From NCBI GenBank assembly GCA_963732895.1, contig CAVTBG010000009.1, positions 192,005 through 256,004 on the forward strand: a stretch of DNA of 64,000 bases. The letters are read 5' to 3'. The notes beneath the pieces were generated by a model. The model was not told the DNA's origin and did not search any database. It saw only the letters and a list, made by a program, of their open reading frames with translations. This document shows, piece by piece, positions 9,148 to 18,341 of the stretch. Within the stretch, counting starts at the first letter, position 1; every line of letters begins with the position of its first letter. Position numbers and translations under genes: made by a program. This DNA comes from an uncultured Pseudomonadota bacterium. GTDB taxonomy: Bacteria > Pseudomonadota > Alphaproteobacteria > Rhizobiales > Xanthobacteraceae.

Positions 9148-11022
9148 CTACTCCTCGATGCTCAGGACGCGCGGCGATAACTTGGGCGAATAAAGCTCGT
9201 CAACCAGCGCGGCCCGGTGCGACAGCACGCCGCGCTGGTTGATCGAGCCCTTGTCGGTCATCTCGCCTTTGTCGAGCGACGGCGGCTCCGCCATCAACAG
9301 CGCGCGGGTGATACGGGTGGACGAACCGGAGTTTGCTTTGGCGAGCTCCATCAGGCGCCCGGCGAAATACTCGCGCACACGCGCGTCGTTCAGTACGGTC
9401 TCGGCCGGCGCGTCAGCTATCAGATCGGGCGCAAGCTTGCGGCAGGCAGCGAGGTCGGGAAACACCAGCGCGCCGATCTCATTGCGGTCCGCTCCCGCCA
9501 ACACCACGTCACGCACAGTGGGCGCGAAATGATCGACGAAACCGGCGCGCAAGGGGCCGACGTTGACCCATGTGCCGGTCGAGAGCTTGAAGTCCTCGGC
9601 GATGCGTCCGTCGAACAGCAGCCCTTGGTGCAGATCTTTGGCATCGGCGAACTTGAAGGCGTCGCCGAGGCGGTAGAAGCCTTCCTCGTCGAAAGCCTTC
9701 TCCGTGAATTCCGGCTGGCGCCAATAACCCGGCGTGATGTTGGCCCCGCGCACGCGCGCTTCCAGCTTGCCTTCGTTCGGAACAAGCTTCAGCTCCATGC
9801 CGGCGCCCGGCAGGCCCATGTTCGCCGCGTTCTCCGCGTGCCAGGTGCGCGCCAGCGCAAACGGCGCGGTCTCGGTCGAGCCGAAGCCGGTGAGAAACAA
9901 AATGCGCTCGCCGCAGGTCTCGACCGCAAGGTTCTGGATCTCGTCGAACACGTGCTGGGCGATGCCGGCGCCGGCGAACCAGAACAGCTTCAGCCGCGAG
10001 AAGAAATTGCGGCGTAGCTCGGCGTCATTGCGCAGATAAGGCAACAGTGCCTCGTAGCCCTTGGGCACCGTGAAGTACCAGGTCGGCGCGACCTCGCGCA
10101 GGTTCTTCACCGTCTCTTCGATGGCGCCGGGCAGCGGCTTGCCCTCGTCGATGTAGAACGTGCCGCCGTTGTAGAGCACGAGACCGACGTCGTGGTTGCC
10201 GCCGGCGGTGTGGTGCCACGGAGCCCAGTCGACGATCACCGGCGGCTCGTCGGCGAAGTAGGCCAAGGCCTGGCGCAGCATCACCTGGTTGGCGCACCAC
10301 ATGCGTTGGGTGTTGATCACGCATTTCGGTATGCCGGTGGAGCCGGATGTGAACAGGAACTTGGCGATGGTGTCGGGGCCGACGGCATCGTGCGCGGCAT
10401 CGACGGCGCTGGTTGGCGTCGGCTTGGTGAGATCGGCAAAGCGCGTGGCACGGCGGCCTTTCGGCGCGTTGCGCGTGACGACGACTTCCACATCCTCCGG
10501 CACCACAGCTTGAATCGCCTTGTCGAATTGAGTGCCGTCGCAGGCGAAGACCAGGCCGGGCGTGAGCAGTTCGATGATCGAACGCAGCTTGCCGAAGTCG
10601 CCCGACATCAGCGAATAGGCCGGTGAGATCGGCGCGTGCGGGATGCCGACATAAAGCGCGGCCAGCGCCAAGAGCGCGTGCTCGATGTCGTTGCCCGACA
10701 AAATCACGATCGGCCGTTCGGCGGAGAGATTGCGCGCCAGCAGCGATTGGCCGATGCGGCGGGCGAATTCGAGTGCCTGCTCGTAGGTGACGGTGCGCCA
10801 GTCGCCGTTCTTGTCGCGCTGGGCGAAGAAGGCTTGAGTTGGCGTTTCCGCCGCCCAGAATTCCAGGCGTTCGGTCAGCTTGTCGGGATAGCGCCCGAGC
10901 GGCTGCGGCGAGCGCAGCAGGATGGTGCCGTCGGCGCGGTGCTCCGCGGTGACGTCCTGCGGCCCAAGATTGACCGCGCGGATGCCGGCGCGAGGCCATG
11001 TCAGTGCGGGCGCGGGCGTCAT
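9148..11022 (-). CDS. fcs: Feruloyl-CoA synthetase-like aryl-alkanoate CoA ligase, paralog 2
   Basis: 624 aa; FTSGSTGIPK AMP-binding loop, GFGSTET, DGRIAEDFKLSTGTWV, EMTDKGSINQ. Confidence 0.9.
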   Translation of the reverse strand: MTPAPALTWPRAGIRAVNLGPQDVTAEHRADGTILLRSPQPLGRYPDKLTERLEFWAAETPTQAFFAQRDKNGDWRTVTYEQALEFARRIGQSLLARNLSAERPIVILSGNDIEHALLALAALYVGIPHAPISPAYSLMSGDFGKLRSIIELLTPGLVFACDGTQFDKAIQAVVPEDVEVVVTRNAPKGRRATRFADLTKPTPTSAVDAAHDAVGPDTIAKFLFTSGSTGIPKCVINTQRMWCANQVMLRQALAYFADEPPVIVDWAPWHHTAGGNHDVGLVLYNGGTFYIDEGKPLPGAIEETVKNLREVAPTWYFTVPKGYEALLPYLRNDAELRRNFFSRLKLFWFAGAGIAQHVFDEIQNLAVETCGERILFLTGFGSTETAPFALARTWHAENAANMGLPGAGMELKLVPNEGKLEARVRGANITPGYWRQPEFTEKAFDEEGFYRLGDAFKFADAKDLHQGLLFDGRIAEDFKLSTGTWVNVGPLRAGFVDHFAPTVRDVVLAGADRNEIGALVFPDLAACRKLAPDLIADAPAETVLNDARVREYFAGRLMELAKANSGSSTRITRALLMAEPPSLDKGEMTDKGSINQRGVLSHRAALVDELYSPKLSPRVLSIEE

Positions 11023-12899
11023 AGCGCGATCACCGACTTTGGAACCGGCTCGATGTAAAGCTGCTCAACCAGGTCGGCGCGATTTCCCAACACGGCGCGC
11101 TGGTTGATCGAACCCTTGTCGGTCATCTCGCCCTTGTCCATCGACGGCGGCTCGGCCATCAGCGCCAGCCGCACCACGCGTGTCGACGAGCCTTTGCTTT
11201 GCGCGGCCAGTGCGGCCAATAGCTCGGCGAATTTCGCTCGCACTTTTTCGTCGGCAACGATCGCATCGGGCGCCGCCTCCGCGCCAAGCCCGGCCAGCGC
11301 GCGACAAGCCTCGATATCGGGAAACACCAGCGCGCCGATGTGGTCGCGGTCGGGCCCGGCGAGCACCACGTCGCGCACATAGGGCGTGAAATGATCGATA
11401 AAGTGCGCGCGCAGCGGCCCGACGCTCACCCAGGTCCCGGTCGACAGCTTGTAGTCCTCGGCGAGGCGGCCGTCGAACAACAGGCCTTTCATCGGGTCGT
11501 CGGGGTCGGCGAATTTCAACGCGTCGCCGATCTTATAGTAGCCTTCCTCGTCGAAGGCATCGCGGCTGAGATGCTCCTGCCGCCAATAGCCGGGCGTGAT
11601 GAGCGGGCCGCGGAGGCGAGCTTCTAGCTTGCCTTCGTTCGGCACCAGTTTCAGTTCCACGCCGGGGCAGGGCAGGCCGATATTGCCGGGGCGGTCGAAC
11701 TCCCAAGTGCAGGCGAGCGCCGCCGGCGCGGTCTCGGTCGAGCCGAGCGAGGTCAAGAAGATCACGCGCTCGCCGGTGGTCTCGACCGACAATTGCGTGA
11801 GATCGTCCCAGGTGGTCTGGTTCAGGCCGGCACCGGCATAAAACAGCACCTTCAGCCGCGAGAAGAAGTTCTTGCGCAGGGTATCGTCGGCGCGGAAATG
11901 TGAAACAAGCGCCTCATAACCCTTTGGCACATTGAAATAGATGGTCGGCGCGATCTCGCGCAGGTTCCGTGCGGTCTTCGGCACGCCCGGCGGCGTTGGA
12001 TTTCCGTCGTCGATGTAGAGCGAGCCGCCTTGCGTCAGTACCAAGTTGAAGTTGTGGTTGCCGCCGAAGGTGTGACTCCACGGCAGCCAATCGAGGACCA
12101 CGGGCGGCTCGTCGGTGACGAACCGGAGGCCGGCGGCGAGCATTGCCTGGTTGGAACAGAGCATGCGGTGCGTGTTGATTACCGCCTTCGGAGTGCCGGT
12201 CGAGCCGGAGGTGAAGAGGAATTTGACGACGGTGTCGCGCGTCACTTGGCGCTCCGCAGCGGCAACACCGCTCGCGTCTTCCGCGCCGATCAGATCGGCG
12301 AACAGTGTTGCCTTGCGGTCCGGCGGCGGATTGGCGGTCACCACCAGTTCGACGTCGTCCGGCACGGTGGCCGCGATGGCGCGGCCGAAAGCGGCGCCGT
12401 CGGCAACGAACACGAGGCCGGGCGTGAGCAGATCGATGATCATGCGCAACTTGCCGAAGTCGCTCGACATCAGCGAATAAGCCGGCGAAATCGGCGCGAA
12501 CGGAATGCCGACGTAAGCCGCCGCCAGCCCCAAGAGCGCGTGCTCGATGCTGTTGCCGGAGAGGATCACGATCGGCCGCTCGGGCGAGAGTCCACGGCGC
12601 AGCAGGGAAGCGCCAATGCGCTTCACGGTGTCGAGCACTTGCGAGTAGGAGAGCTTGCGCCAGGCGTCGTCCGGCCCGCGCTGCGCCAGGAACACGCGCT
12701 CCGGCGCCTCGCGCGCCCAATGTTCCAACGGCTCGCTCAGCTTGCCATGATAGTCGCCGAGCGGTGCCGCGGTACGGATATGGATGGTGCCGTCGGCGTC
12801 GCGCTCCACGATTGCATCGGGCGCACCCAAGCGCACCCGCCTCAGCGGTGCGGCGTTTGTAGGCCGGTCGGCGCGTAGCGGTTCACCCATCGAACGCAT
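11019..12899 (-). CDS. fcs: Feruloyl-CoA synthetase-like aryl-alkanoate CoA ligase, paralog 1
   Basis: 626 aa; FTSGSTGTPK, LGSTET, DGRLAEDYKLSTGTWV, EMTDKGSINQ; overlaps paralog 2 by 4 nt. Confidence 0.9.
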   Translation of the reverse strand: MRSMGEPLRADRPTNAAPLRRVRLGAPDAIVERDADGTIHIRTAAPLGDYHGKLSEPLEHWAREAPERVFLAQRGPDDAWRKLSYSQVLDTVKRIGASLLRRGLSPERPIVILSGNSIEHALLGLAAAYVGIPFAPISPAYSLMSSDFGKLRMIIDLLTPGLVFVADGAAFGRAIAATVPDDVELVVTANPPPDRKATLFADLIGAEDASGVAAAERQVTRDTVVKFLFTSGSTGTPKAVINTHRMLCSNQAMLAAGLRFVTDEPPVVLDWLPWSHTFGGNHNFNLVLTQGGSLYIDDGNPTPPGVPKTARNLREIAPTIYFNVPKGYEALVSHFRADDTLRKNFFSRLKVLFYAGAGLNQTTWDDLTQLSVETTGERVIFLTSLGSTETAPAALACTWEFDRPGNIGLPCPGVELKLVPNEGKLEARLRGPLITPGYWRQEHLSRDAFDEEGYYKIGDALKFADPDDPMKGLLFDGRLAEDYKLSTGTWVSVGPLRAHFIDHFTPYVRDVVLAGPDRDHIGALVFPDIEACRALAGLGAEAAPDAIVADEKVRAKFAELLAALAAQSKGSSTRVVRLALMAEPPSMDKGEMTDKGSINQRAVLGNRADLVEQLYIEPVPKSVIAL

Positions 12900-12937
12900 T
12901 TCCCTGGATAGCGTTTCCTGCCCTGCCGGTTCTTGTT

Positions 12938-12956
12938 GCGCATGATCTTATCCGAA
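12938..12956 (-). repeat. Truncated half-copy of the 49-bp palindromic element
   Basis: gcgcatgatcttatccgaa matches one end of the copy at 4310. Confidence 0.6.
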
Positions 12957-12990
12957 CAGGGGCGCCATGCGCTGGCGGCAAATTGTCGGC

Positions 12991-13015
12991 AATTAGTTGT
13001 CCTGGACAACTAATT
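12991..13015. promoter_or_regulatory. Perfect 25-bp palindrome, probable repressor operator upstream of the fcs operon
   Basis: AATTAGTTGTCC-T-GGACAACTAATT: 12-bp perfect arms, AT-rich, about 90 bp upstream of the fcs start. Confidence 0.75.
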
Positions 13016-13086
13016 TTCACCAGCCCGGGGCCACCCGTCAAGCGAAGCTTATTTCCGGGACGGGCGCGGCCCGCCAGGCCAAACCC

Positions 13087-13893
13087 TCAGCTTTGCTTTA
13101 CCTTCGGCCCGCGCTTTTCCAGGAAGTCGCGCAGGCGCGCCTTGGCCTCCGGATCGGCCTGGGCAATCGACGAGATCAGCGATTCCATGGCGTAACCTGC
13201 GGCCGGGTCGCTCTCGGCAATGCGCGGCAGTGCGTGCATGACCGCGAAATTGGTCAGCGGCGCGTTGGAGGCGATGTGCTGCGCCAGTTCCAACCCTTTG
13301 GCGAAGCCTTTGCCCGGCTCAACCAAATAGGTTGTCAGCCCCATGGCTTGGCCTTCTTCGGCCGAATAAGTGCGGCCGGTCAGCATCATGTCCATCATGC
13401 GCGCGACTCCGATCAGTCTTGGCAATCGAACCGAGCCGCCACCGCCGACGTAGATGCCGCGGCTGCCCTCAGGCAGCGCGTAATACGCCGAGCGATCGGC
13501 GACGCGCACATGCGCGGCGGCCGCAAGCTCCAGCCCGCCGCCCACCACCGCGCCGTGCAGTACCGCCACCACCGGCACCTTGCCGAACTGGATCTTCTCG
13601 AAAGCACGGTGCCACAGGCGTGAATGATTGATGCCCTCGCGTACGTCGCGCTCTTTCAGTTCGGAGAGATCGAGGCCAGCGGAGAAATTGTCACCTTCGC
13701 CCACCATCAATACCGCACTGATCTCGGGCGGCAGGTGGCTGAAGAAGGCGTCGATACCATTGACGGTATCGTCGTCGAGCGCATTGCGCTTGTGCGCGCG
13801 GTTGAGTCGCAAGATCGCGACGTCTCCCTGTCGTTCGGCAGTCAGCGACGCGGGCAGGGCAATGGACGGAAAATCTTGCTGGCTCTCGGACAC
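13087..13893 (-). CDS. Crotonase/enoyl-CoA hydratase family protein
   Basis: NFSAGLDL, GAVVGGGLELA, YALPEGSRG; GTG start at 13893 behind GGAGAG. Confidence 0.92.
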   Translation of the reverse strand: MSESQQDFPSIALPASLTAERQGDVAILRLNRAHKRNALDDDTVNGIDAFFSHLPPEISAVLMVGEGDNFSAGLDLSELKERDVREGINHSRLWHRAFEKIQFGKVPVVAVLHGAVVGGGLELAAAAHVRVADRSAYYALPEGSRGIYVGGGGSVRLPRLIGVARMMDMMLTGRTYSAEEGQAMGLTTYLVEPGKGFAKGLELAQHIASNAPLTNFAVMHALPRIAESDPAAGYAMESLISSIAQADPEAKARLRDFLEKRGPKVKQS

Positions 13894-14013
13894 TCGATCT
13901 CTCTCCGCTGTCAGGACCCGCGAAAGCGGGGCATCCAGTAAACACGGGCCGCGGCGCATTCAGCAAGAGCGGGGCTACCGGTTCGTCCGCCTTCGCGGAC
14001 GATGGCCGCGGAA

Positions 14014-14466
14014 TTATAAAACCTCGAATACGTCGAGCCGCACCGCCAGCGCCTCGCGCTGACCCCGGGCGATGGCCAGGATGCGGTTGAGCCAGGAGGC
14101 TCCAGGGTCCGACGTTTCGAACCGCATCACTGTGCGGAAGTAATAGCTGGCCGGGTCAACGGGCTCGCCGCGCGCCAGCGCCGCCAGTACGTCCGGGGGG
14201 CCGTGCCGTAGGCCGGCGCTATTGACCAGGACGCGTCCGCCGGTTGCGGTCTCGATGGTGTAGCGGGCCTGGATGTCGGCGGCTCCGTCGGTCCGGATGA
14301 TCTGCCAGTCAGCGCCGCCGCGCAGGACCTTGCCTTGCAGCCGGGGGCCTTGCACGGTGCCGCCCAGAATGTCGATGATGCGGCGCTCGCCGTAGGGCGT
14401 GGGGCCGAGATTGAGCATCGGCGCAAGCTCGGCCTTGATGGTGAAGATCGGTTCTTGTCCCAGCAT
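14014..14466 (-). CDS. DUF3237 (UPF0311) family protein
   Basis: GERRIIDILGG, GGADWQ, YFRTVMRFET pattern. Confidence 0.8.
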   Translation of the reverse strand: MLGQEPIFTIKAELAPMLNLGPTPYGERRIIDILGGTVQGPRLQGKVLRGGADWQIIRTDGAADIQARYTIETATGGRVLVNSAGLRHGPPDVLAALARGEPVDPASYYFRTVMRFETSDPGASWLNRILAIARGQREALAVRLDVFEVL

Positions 14467-14493
14467 GGCGGTTATGGTTGGGGTCCCAACTTT

Positions 14494-14569
14494 CTAGTGG
14501 TCCGATTCCGACATTTGCTTCCCGTTGCTGCAAGCTCCGAAGCAAATGTCGGAATCAAAGGACCACTAG
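14494..14569 (+). repeat. 76-bp hairpin element with CTAGTGG...CCACTAG termini (MITE/REP-like), copy A
   Basis: ctagtggtccgattccgacatttgctt...aagcaaatgtcggaatc-aaa-ggaccactag, a long imperfect inverted repeat. Confidence 0.8.
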
Positions 14570-14582
14570 CAACTAATTGATT

Positions 14583-14659
14583 CTAGTGGAGCTTTGAATT
14601 TGACATTTGATGAGCGGCTCGCCTCAAATGAGTATCAAATGTCAAATCCGCTCCACTAG
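14583..14659 (-). repeat. 77-bp hairpin element with CTAGTGG...CCACTAG termini, copy B (inverted relative to A)
   Basis: ctagtggagc-ttt-gaatttgacatttgat...atcaaatgtcaaatcc-gctccactag; same architecture with the AAA bulge on the opposite strand. Confidence 0.8.
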
Positions 14660-14739
14660 TTTCCGAGGCGATTTGGCCATTTGACCCTATGGATGGCGGG
14701 CCGTAAATACGGGGCCGCACAAACCGGGAAATCCTTTGA

Positions 14740-15600
14740 ATGGCGCGCATTTCGTCTCTCGCCGAAGCCATCGCCGCAGCCGTCCGCGACGGCGATACTG
14801 TGGCCGTGGAAGGCTTCACGCACCTCATTCCGCATGCGGCGGGTCATGAGATCATCCGTCAGGGTCGAAAAGCTCTGACCCTCATCCGCATGACGCCGGA
14901 CCTCGTCTACGACCAGTTCATCGGCATGGGCTGCGTCGACAAGCTGATCTTTTCGTGGGGCGGAAATCCGGGCGTCGGCTCGCTGCACCGCTTCCGCGAT
15001 GCGGTCGAGAACGGCTGGCCGCACAAGCTCGAGATCGTCGAGCACTCCCACGCCGCCATGGCCAATGCCTATGAGGCCGGCGCCGCCGGCTTGCCCTGCG
15101 CGGTATTCCGCGGCTATATCGGCGGCGACCTGCCCAAGGTCAATCCGAACATTAAGTACATCACTTGCCCGTTCACCGGCGAGAAGCTCGCCGCCATACC
15201 GGCGCATCGGCCGGACGTGGCGGTGATCCATGCCCAACGCGCCGACAAGGCCGGCAACGTGATGATCGAAGGTGTGCTCGGTGTGCAGAAGGAGGCAGTG
15301 CTCGCCTCGCAGCGCTCGGTGGTGACGGTCGAAGAGATCGTCGACGAGTTGCCGGAGCGTAGCCTCAATGCGGTGGTATTGCCGCACTGGACCGTTGGTC
15401 ATGTCGTCGAGGTGCCGGGCGGCGCCTTCCCCTCGTATGCGCAAGGCTATTATCCGCGCAACAACGGTTTCTACAAGCAGTGGGATACGGTCTCGCGCGA
15501 GCGTGACAGCTTCCTCACCTGGATGAAAGAAAACGTGCTGGAGAGGGGCCCTGACGCCTTCGCCCAGTATGCGCGCAAACACCGCGCGGCGGCGGAGTGA
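14740..15600 (+). CDS. pcaI: 3-oxoadipate CoA-transferase subunit A (CatI/GctA type)
   Basis: EGFTHLIPHAAGHEIIRQ, FSWGGNPGVGSLHR, SYAQGYYPRNN; pca context. Confidence 0.9.
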   Translation: MARISSLAEAIAAAVRDGDTVAVEGFTHLIPHAAGHEIIRQGRKALTLIRMTPDLVYDQFIGMGCVDKLIFSWGGNPGVGSLHRFRDAVENGWPHKLEIVEHSHAAMANAYEAGAAGLPCAVFRGYIGGDLPKVNPNIKYITCPFTGEKLAAIPAHRPDVAVIHAQRADKAGNVMIEGVLGVQKEAVLASQRSVVTVEEIVDELPERSLNAVVLPHWTVGHVVEVPGGAFPSYAQGYYPRNNGFYKQWDTVSRERDSFLTWMKENVLERGPDAFAQYARKHRAAAE

Positions 15601-16379
15601 CGACCATGGCCGATTACAAGCCCAATGAAATGATGACTATCGCGGCCGCGCGCGCGCTCAAGAACGACGACGTCTGCTTCGTCGGCATCGGCATGCCGTC
15701 GGCAGCCGCCAATCTCGCGCGCCTGACGCACGCGCCGGATATCACCTTGATCTACGAATCCGGCACGCTCGCCACCAAGCCCAACGTACTGCCGCTTTCG
15801 ATCGGCGACGGAGAACTCTGCGAAACAGCGGTCACGACTGTGTCGGTGCCGGAGATGTTCCGCTACTGGCTGCAGGGCGGGCGCATCAAAGTCGGCTTTC
15901 TCGGCGGCGCGCAGATCGACAAGTTCGCCAACCTCAACACCACCGTGGTCGGCGGCTCCTACGACAAGCCGAAAGTGCGCCTGCCCGGCGGCGGCGGCGC
16001 GCCGGAGATCGCCACCTCGTGCGGCGAAATCTTCATCATCATGGCGCAGTCCAAGCGCGGCTTTGTCGACAAGCTCGATTTCGTCACGTCGATCGGCCAC
16101 GTTACCGGCGGCGATAGCCGACAGAAACTGGGCGTGAAAACCAAAGGCCCGACGCGATTGATCACCGACTTGGCGCTCTTGGAGCCGGATCTGGAGAGCA
16201 AGGAGATGACCGTCGTCTCCATCCACCCGGGCGTCACGCGCGAGCAGATTCAGGAAAACACTGGGTGGGACGTAAAATTTGCCGCTCACGTCGCGGAAAC
16301 GCCGCCACCGACGGCTAAGGAACTCGAAGTCCTGCGCGAACTGCAGGCGCGCACCGCGCGCGCCCATGCGGCGGCGTGA
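15597..16379 (+). CDS. pcaJ: 3-oxoadipate CoA-transferase subunit B (CatJ/GctB type)
   Basis: CFVGIG, LIYESG (catalytic Glu), RLPGGGGAPEIA. Confidence 0.9.
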   Translation: MTTMADYKPNEMMTIAAARALKNDDVCFVGIGMPSAAANLARLTHAPDITLIYESGTLATKPNVLPLSIGDGELCETAVTTVSVPEMFRYWLQGGRIKVGFLGGAQIDKFANLNTTVVGGSYDKPKVRLPGGGGAPEIATSCGEIFIIMAQSKRGFVDKLDFVTSIGHVTGGDSRQKLGVKTKGPTRLITDLALLEPDLESKEMTVVSIHPGVTREQIQENTGWDVKFAAHVAETPPPTAKELEVLRELQARTARAHAAA

Positions 16380-16394
16380 GCAAAGGGGTAGAAC

Positions 16395-17600
16395 ATGCGT
16401 GAAGCTTTCATCTGCGATGCGGTGCGGACGCCGATCGGCCGCTATGCCGGCGGCCTCGCCAAGGTGCGCGCCGACGATCTCGGCGCCATCCCGATCAGGG
16501 CGCTGATCAAGCGCAACCCCAAGATTGATTGGGAGAAGCTCGACGAGGTGTTCTACGGCTGCGCCAATCAGGCCGGGGAGGACAACCGCAACGTCGCACG
16601 CATGGCGCTTCTGCTCGGCGGGCTGCCCGACAACGTGCCGGGCGTGACGCTCAATCGCTTGTGCGCCTCCGGCATGGAGGCGGTGGGCGCCGCCGCCCGC
16701 GCCATCCGCGCCGGCGAAATGGATTTCGCCATCGCAGGCGGCGTCGAATCCATGACTCGCGCGCCCTTCGTGCGAGGCAAGAGCGACGAGGCCTTCTCGC
16801 GTAAGGTCGAGGTCTTCGACACCACCATCGGCTGGCGTTTCGTCAATCCGCTGATGAAGCAGCAATACGGCATCGACTCGATGCCGGAGACCGGTGAGAA
16901 CGTGGCCGAGGAATTCCAGGTCAGCCGCGCCGATCAGGACGCGTTCGCGTTGCGCTCGCAGCAGCGCGCCGCCAAGGCGCAGGCCGACGGCTATTTCGCC
17001 GCCGAGATCGTGCCGGTGGAGATCGCTGGCCGCAAGGAGACGGTGACCGTCGATATGGACGAGCATCCGCGGCCGCAGACCACGCTCGAGCAACTCGCCA
17101 AGCTGAAGACGCCGTTCCGCAACCCCGGCACAGTCACTGCCGGCAATGCTTCCGGCGTCAACGACGGAGCCGCCGCCGTGATCGTCGCTTCGGAAGAGGC
17201 GGTGAAGGCGCACGGGCTGACGCCGCGTGCGCGCGTGCTCGGCATGGCCTCGGCGGCGGTGCCGCCGCGCATCATGGGCATCGGGCCGGTGCCGGCGTCT
17301 CAAAAATTGATGGCGCGCCTTGGGCACAAGATCGGTGACTATGATTTGATTGAGATCAACGAGGCCTTCGCCTCGCAGTCGCTAGCTTGCCTGCGCCAGC
17401 TCGGCCTTCCGGACGATGCGGCCCAAGTCAATCCGCACGGCGGAGCGATTGCGCTCGGCCATCCATTGGGCATGTCGGGTACCCGCTTGGTGCTGACGGC
17501 CGCGCACGGGCTTGAAACGCAGGGCGGCAAGCTAGCGCTTGCCACCATGTGCGTCGGTGTCGGTCAAGGCGCATCGCTGGCCATCGAGCGAGTCACCTGA
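16395..17600 (+). CDS. pcaF: 3-oxoadipyl-CoA thiolase
   Basis: CANQAGEDNRNVARM, NRLCASG, DTTIGWRFVNP, GHPLGMSG, MCVGVGQG. Confidence 0.95.
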   Translation: MREAFICDAVRTPIGRYAGGLAKVRADDLGAIPIRALIKRNPKIDWEKLDEVFYGCANQAGEDNRNVARMALLLGGLPDNVPGVTLNRLCASGMEAVGAAARAIRAGEMDFAIAGGVESMTRAPFVRGKSDEAFSRKVEVFDTTIGWRFVNPLMKQQYGIDSMPETGENVAEEFQVSRADQDAFALRSQQRAAKAQADGYFAAEIVPVEIAGRKETVTVDMDEHPRPQTTLEQLAKLKTPFRNPGTVTAGNASGVNDGAAAVIVASEEAVKAHGLTPRARVLGMASAAVPPRIMGIGPVPASQKLMARLGHKIGDYDLIEINEAFASQSLACLRQLGLPDDAAQVNPHGGAIALGHPLGMSGTRLVLTAAHGLETQGGKLALATMCVGVGQGASLAIERVT

Positions 17601-17633
17601 GCAGAGCCAAGAACAGAAAACGAAGGGACGACA

Positions 17634-18341
17634 ATGTCGCTGATCTATCCGAGGGAGAGCCTCAGTGCTTTTCCCAAGCACTTGAGCCCCGAGTACCGCA
17701 GCACGGTGAAGCGCTCGCCCTCGAAGCCGCTCATCCTCGTGCCGCACACGCTGTCGGAATTGACCGGCCCGGTCTATGGTCACGACTCGGTGCAGGAAGG
17801 CGATAACGACCTCACCAAGCAGCACAAGGGCGAGCCGCTCGGCGAGCGCATCATCGTGCACGGTCATGTGCTCGACGAGGACAAGCGCCCGCAGCCCGAT
17901 ACGCTGGTGGAGATCTGGCAGGCCAACGCCTGCGGCCGCTATGTGCACATTGTCGACCAGCACCCGGCGCCGCTCGATCCCAACTTCACCGGCGGCGGGC
18001 GCACCGTCACCGACGAGAACGGCTATTACCGCTTCGTGACTGTGAAGCCGGGCGCCTATCCGTGGGGCAATCACCACAACGCCTGGCGGCCCAACCACAT
18101 CCACTTTTCGGTGTTCGGCCACTCGTTCCTGTCGCGGCTGGTCACACAGATGTATTTCCCCGGCGATCCGCTGTTCCCGTTCGATCCGATCTTCAACTCG
18201 GTCACTGACGAGAAGGCGCGCCAACGCATGGTCTCGAGCTTCGACCTGGAAAACACCATCCCCGATTGGGCGCTCTGCTTCCGCTTTGACATCGTGCTGC
18301 GCGGGCGCGAGGCCACTCCTCTCGACACGGATAAGCACTAG
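17634..18341 (+). CDS. pcaH: Protocatechuate 3,4-dioxygenase beta chain
   Basis: EIWQANACGRY, PGAYPW, WRPNHIHFS Fe-ligand motifs. Confidence 0.97.
   Translation: MSLIYPRESLSAFPKHLSPEYRSTVKRSPSKPLILVPHTLSELTGPVYGHDSVQEGDNDLTKQHKGEPLGERIIVHGHVLDEDKRPQPDTLVEIWQANACGRYVHIVDQHPAPLDPNFTGGGRTVTDENGYYRFVTVKPGAYPWGNHHNAWRPNHIHFSVFGHSFLSRLVTQMYFPGDPLFPFDPIFNSVTDEKARQRMVSSFDLENTIPDWALCFRFDIVLRGREATPLDTDKH

Noticed and set aside
14570-14578. CAACTAATT, identical to a half-site of the 12991 operator
   Set aside because: It is a single half-site lying in the AT-rich spacer between two repeat elements and cannot be distinguished from chance
15471-17327. 618-aa antisense ORF over pcaJ/pcaF, and many similar long antisense or alternate-frame ORFs
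   Set aside because: Shadow ORFs expected from high GC and strong codon bias; they have no recognisable motifs and the opposite strand carries clear genes
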